From Abditibacteriaceae bacterium (lineage in GTDB: Bacteria; Armatimonadota; Abditibacteriia; Abditibacteriales; Abditibacteriaceae), in NCBI GenBank assembly GCA_031372065.1, contig JANMKN010000308.1, forward strand, positions 1 to 60,172: a DNA stretch of 60,172 nucleotides, written 5' to 3'. Shown here one piece after another: positions 57,075-60,172 of this stretch. Both the position numbers and the translations under genes were made by a program. The notes beneath the pieces are model-generated. The model saw only the letters and a list, made by a program, of their open reading frames with translations. It searched no databases and was not told the origin of the DNA. Position 1 is the first letter of the stretch. Each line of letters starts with the position of its first letter.

Positions 57075-58355
57075 ATGAACCCGCGCCGCGTCGTCTTTGC
57101 CACCTTTGGTTCGCTGGGCGACCTGCATCCGTATTTGGCCGTCGCGCGCGAGTTAAAAAAGCGCGGCCACGCGCCGCTTATCGCCACAGCGGAGTATCAT
57201 CGCGCGACAATTGAAAACGCCGGTCTTGAATTTTTCGCCGCACGCCCCGATTTGCCGCGCGAAAATCTCAGCGCGCACTTCGCCCGCGTGATGGAGCCGC
57301 GCGGCGGCACCAAATACTTGTTTCAAAAGCTGATTTTGCCGTCACTGCGCGAAAGTTACGACGATTTATCGCGCGCTATGGCAGGCGCTGACCTGTTAAT
57401 CACGCATTCGCTGGCTCCAGCGGGCGTTTTGGTGGCACAAAAGCAAAAACTGCCGTGGATTTCGGGCGTGGTATCGCCGATTTTCTTCTACTCGCGCCAC
57501 GACCCGCCGCTAATGCCCATCTTTCCAGCGCTGGCAAAGCTGCCCATTTTCGGCCCGTTGTGGACAAAATTCTTGATGAAAACTGTAGTGCGCCGCTTCG
57601 AGCCGATTTTCGCGCCGCTGTATGAATTGCGCGCCGAACTGGGCCTGCCGCGCGGCCCTTTGCCGTTATTCGCGGGCCAACATTCGCCGCATAAAGTTCT
57701 CGCGCTCTTTTCGCGTGCCTTGGCCGTGCCGCAAGCCGATTGGCCGCCGCACACCGTTGTCACCGGCTTTTGCTCACTCGAAGAACAACGCGAACTTTCG
57801 CCCGCCGCCCATCGCTTTTTGCAAGACGGCGCGGCGCCTTTGGTTTTCACCTTGGGCGCTTCGTCCACACACGACCCCGGCGATTTCTGGGAACAAAGCG
57901 CCCGCGCCGCAAGGTTGTTGAATCGCCGCGCCCTCTTTCTCACAGGCCGGGACGATGTGCAAACGCCACGCGGCGTGACGGCGTTTTCCTACGAACCACT
58001 CGCCGAAATCCTGCCGCACGCCGCCGCATTGGTGCATCATGGCGGCGCCGGAACGATTGCTTTGGCCTTGCGCGCCGGTGTGCCACAACTCATCATGCCG
58101 CACGCCAACGATCAATTTGATAACGCCGCGCGCCTTGCCCGTCACGGCACCGCGCGCCTCATTTTGCGTTCGCAATACAAAGCGCTGCGTGTGGCAAACG
58201 CGCTCAAAACCTTAACGGAGAATCAAGAAGTAAAACAACGCTGCGATGTATGGCGAAAAATCATCGCCGGAGAACACGGCGCGCAAACCGCCGCCGATGA
58301 AATCGAGAAGTTTCTATTTCACCACAGCGACACAGAGGCGCAGAGAGGAATTTAA
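57075..58355 (+). CDS. GT1 glycosyltransferase
   Basis: GSLGDLHP, VHHGGAGT, P.ANDQFDNA. Confidence 0.92.
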   Translation: MNPRRVVFATFGSLGDLHPYLAVARELKKRGHAPLIATAEYHRATIENAGLEFFAARPDLPRENLSAHFARVMEPRGGTKYLFQKLILPSLRESYDDLSRAMAGADLLITHSLAPAGVLVAQKQKLPWISGVVSPIFFYSRHDPPLMPIFPALAKLPIFGPLWTKFLMKTVVRRFEPIFAPLYELRAELGLPRGPLPLFAGQHSPHKVLALFSRALAVPQADWPPHTVVTGFCSLEEQRELSPAAHRFLQDGAAPLVFTLGASSTHDPGDFWEQSARAARLLNRRALFLTGRDDVQTPRGVTAFSYEPLAEILPHAAALVHHGGAGTIALALRAGVPQLIMPHANDQFDNAARLARHGTARLILRSQYKALRVANALKTLTENQEVKQRCDVWRKIIAGEHGAQTAADEIEKFLFHHSDTEAQRGI

Positions 58356-58389
58356 TTTCTTCTCTGCGCCTCTGTGTCTCTGCGGTGAA
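58318..58389. repeat. Inverted repeat of 9-mer type overlapping two convergent gene ends
   Basis: Arms 58318-46/58361-89. Confidence 0.8.
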
Positions 58390-58969
58390 TAGTCGCTAAG
58401 TCGCGCACTGCCGCTTCTATATTCGCCGCGTCCCACGCCGCGCCGATGACGGCGATGCCGTAAGCGCCCGCCGCAAAACATGAGTCCGCGTTTTGTGCCG
58501 TGATGCCGCCGATAGCGAAAACCGGCACGTCAACGGCGGCGCAGACTGCGCGCAATTTTGCGAGGCCCGCCGGAAGCGAATCGGGATGCGATAGCGTCTG
58601 AAAAACCGAACCAAACACCAAATAATCGGCGCCATGCTCTGCCGCGCGGCGCGCACTTTCGAGCGAATGCACCGACGCACCGCAGAATTTAAATTCTGTC
58701 GGCAACGGCGCGCCTTCGGGCAAGTGCAAACCGAGATTTAAAGCTCGCGCCATTTCCGGCGCGCCGTTGATGAGCAGCGTCGCGCCGTAGTTTTCGCACA
58801 AATCTTTGGCGTTTTGGGCCAACGACAGCAATTCGTCAGGCGGCAAATCTTTTTCGCGCAGTTGAATCAGCCGCGCGCCGCCACGCAGCGCCGCTTCCAG
58901 TGCCGAAGCGAAGTCTGGTTTCATGCGGGCGCGCTGTGTAACGAGCATCAAGCGAGGCAAATTTTTCAT
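58352..58969 (-). CDS. Thiamine phosphate synthase / TenI family
   Basis: QLREK, GASVHS, ADYLVFG, PVFAIGGI. Confidence 0.85.
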   Translation of the reverse strand: MKNLPRLMLVTQRARMKPDFASALEAALRGGARLIQLREKDLPPDELLSLAQNAKDLCENYGATLLINGAPEMARALNLGLHLPEGAPLPTEFKFCGASVHSLESARRAAEHGADYLVFGSVFQTLSHPDSLPAGLAKLRAVCAAVDVPVFAIGGITAQNADSCFAAGAYGIAVIGAAWDAANIEAAVRDLATIHRRDTEAQRRN

Positions 58970-60172
58970 TGCAACTCCGCCGGAATATATTGATTTTTAT
59001 CGGCGCGCAAAGCAGCGTAAACGGGCGATCTTCGCACCCACATCACGGCGTTTTCATCGAAGAAAACCAGTTCCCAATCGGGCGATTTTTGCAGTGCATC
59101 TTTGAGTGGCGAAAATAAGCGTGGGTCGCGAGGATTATGCAAAATCACATAGCCAATAGCGCGTTCTTTCAACAACTCAAGGCCGCGCGGCGTGGCGTTG
59201 ATAATATCCTGATAATCATCAATTAAAGCGTCGGGATGCGCTTGCAGATGATCAATAAATAAGTCCCGCCGATTGCCACAGCGCCATGTTAAATAAGCTG
59301 CGTTGATAAAGCCATTAAACATCCGGCCCGGCGGATGGTATTTGTCTAAAACAGCGCACAAGGCGACCGGCAAATCGCTTCGCGCGCGCGTCACGTTGAG
59401 CAACGGCCCGGCGAAGAAATGAACCGTCAGCAAAACCAAAATCGCGGCTTGTGTTTGATTTGACGAAAAGCGCAAAGCCTTTTTCAAACGATCTAAACTT
59501 ACGCTGTTCGACGCCAAAATCACCAGACAAACAATCGCTAAAAGCCATACATGACGGCGCGCGCTGCCAAACGAATAAACCCAAAACATCAGCCACAAAA
59601 TCTGCGCGTAGCGTCGCTGCGCATTGAGCAGCCACGCGCCCATCGCGGCCACGCACAACAAGCCAATGGGCAGCAGAACTTCTAAGCCTAAAGCAGGGCT
59701 TGCCAACGGCGGTTTCCATTCGTTGAGAAATGCAAAAGCATGAGAATTGATTTGTCGCAAAGCGCGCCACAAATCGAAGCCGTAAGGATTGATTAGGGTT
59801 ATCAAAACGCACGGAACGAGTAGCAAAAGCAAAACGCGCGAACGTTTATCGAAGCGATCTTGCACGCCATCGCCAAGAAAAGTCAGCGCCAAAGTGACAA
59901 GCCCAATGACAAACGCGCCGTGCAGGTTTGCCCACAACAGAAACAGCAAAACCAAACCGATTTCTGTTTTGCCAAACGTAGGTTTTTCTATGCTGCGGCG
60001 CCGCACAAGATACGAAAGCAATAACGAAAAAAACAGCGCGCTAAATAATTCGGGCCGCACATCATAGCGACTGCGCGCGGCGTAAATGGCGCCCGCAAAA
60101 AACAGCGCCGCGAGAGGCAATAATTTTTCATCGCGCGGCCACAAGCGCCATAAAACAAAATACGTCGCTGTC
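58966..60172 (-). CDS. Multi-pass membrane protein (GT-C-like), 5' end outside window
   Basis: RPELFS, LWANLHGAF, INPYG, EWKPP. Confidence 0.7.
   Translation of the reverse strand, partial: TATYFVLWRLWPRDEKLLPLAALFFAGAIYAARSRYDVRPELFSALFFSLLLSYLVRRRSIEKPTFGKTEIGLVLLFLLWANLHGAFVIGLVTLALTFLGDGVQDRFDKRSRVLLLLLVPCVLITLINPYGFDLWRALRQINSHAFAFLNEWKPPLASPALGLEVLLPIGLLCVAAMGAWLLNAQRRYAQILWLMFWVYSFGSARRHVWLLAIVCLVILASNSVSLDRLKKALRFSSNQTQAAILVLLTVHFFAGPLLNVTRARSDLPVALCAVLDKYHPPGRMFNGFINAAYLTWRCGNRRDLFIDHLQAHPDALIDDYQDIINATPRGLELLKERAIGYVILHNPRDPRLFSPLKDALQKSPDWELVFFDENAVMWVRRSPVYAALRADKNQYIPAELQ

Overview
Bacterial chromosomal window with moderate GC. The gene content (DUF1559 prepilin/H-X9-DG protein, many secreted glycan-active enzymes, OmpH, Wzi-like protein) suggests Armatimonadota/Abditibacteriota; this is inference, not a database result. 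The left half is a glycan-degradation-rich accessory region. The right half is mostly housekeeping: infC-rpmI-rplT, tmRNA, rfbA/rfbB, murQ, tRNA-Ser, dut, secDF, a DEAD-box helicase, tRNA-Met and mdh. Two structures stand out. (1) The 3' end of a prolyl oligopeptidase gene occurs three times, and the copies delimit a tandem array of unrelated accessory cassettes: a JAB/MPN-like gene pair, mazEF, and a Zn-ribbon membrane protein. (2) Seven intergenic arrays have unrelated sequences but a shared ~21/42-bp (two/four helical turn) period, five of them built from palindromic units; one lies directly upstream of the promoter of an orphan basic-tailed protein. Also seen: two single-base frameshifts (murQ and a HAD gene missed by the ORF track), a probable ATC start for infC, and many REP-like and heptamer repeats. 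All product calls come from motif recognition by eye.
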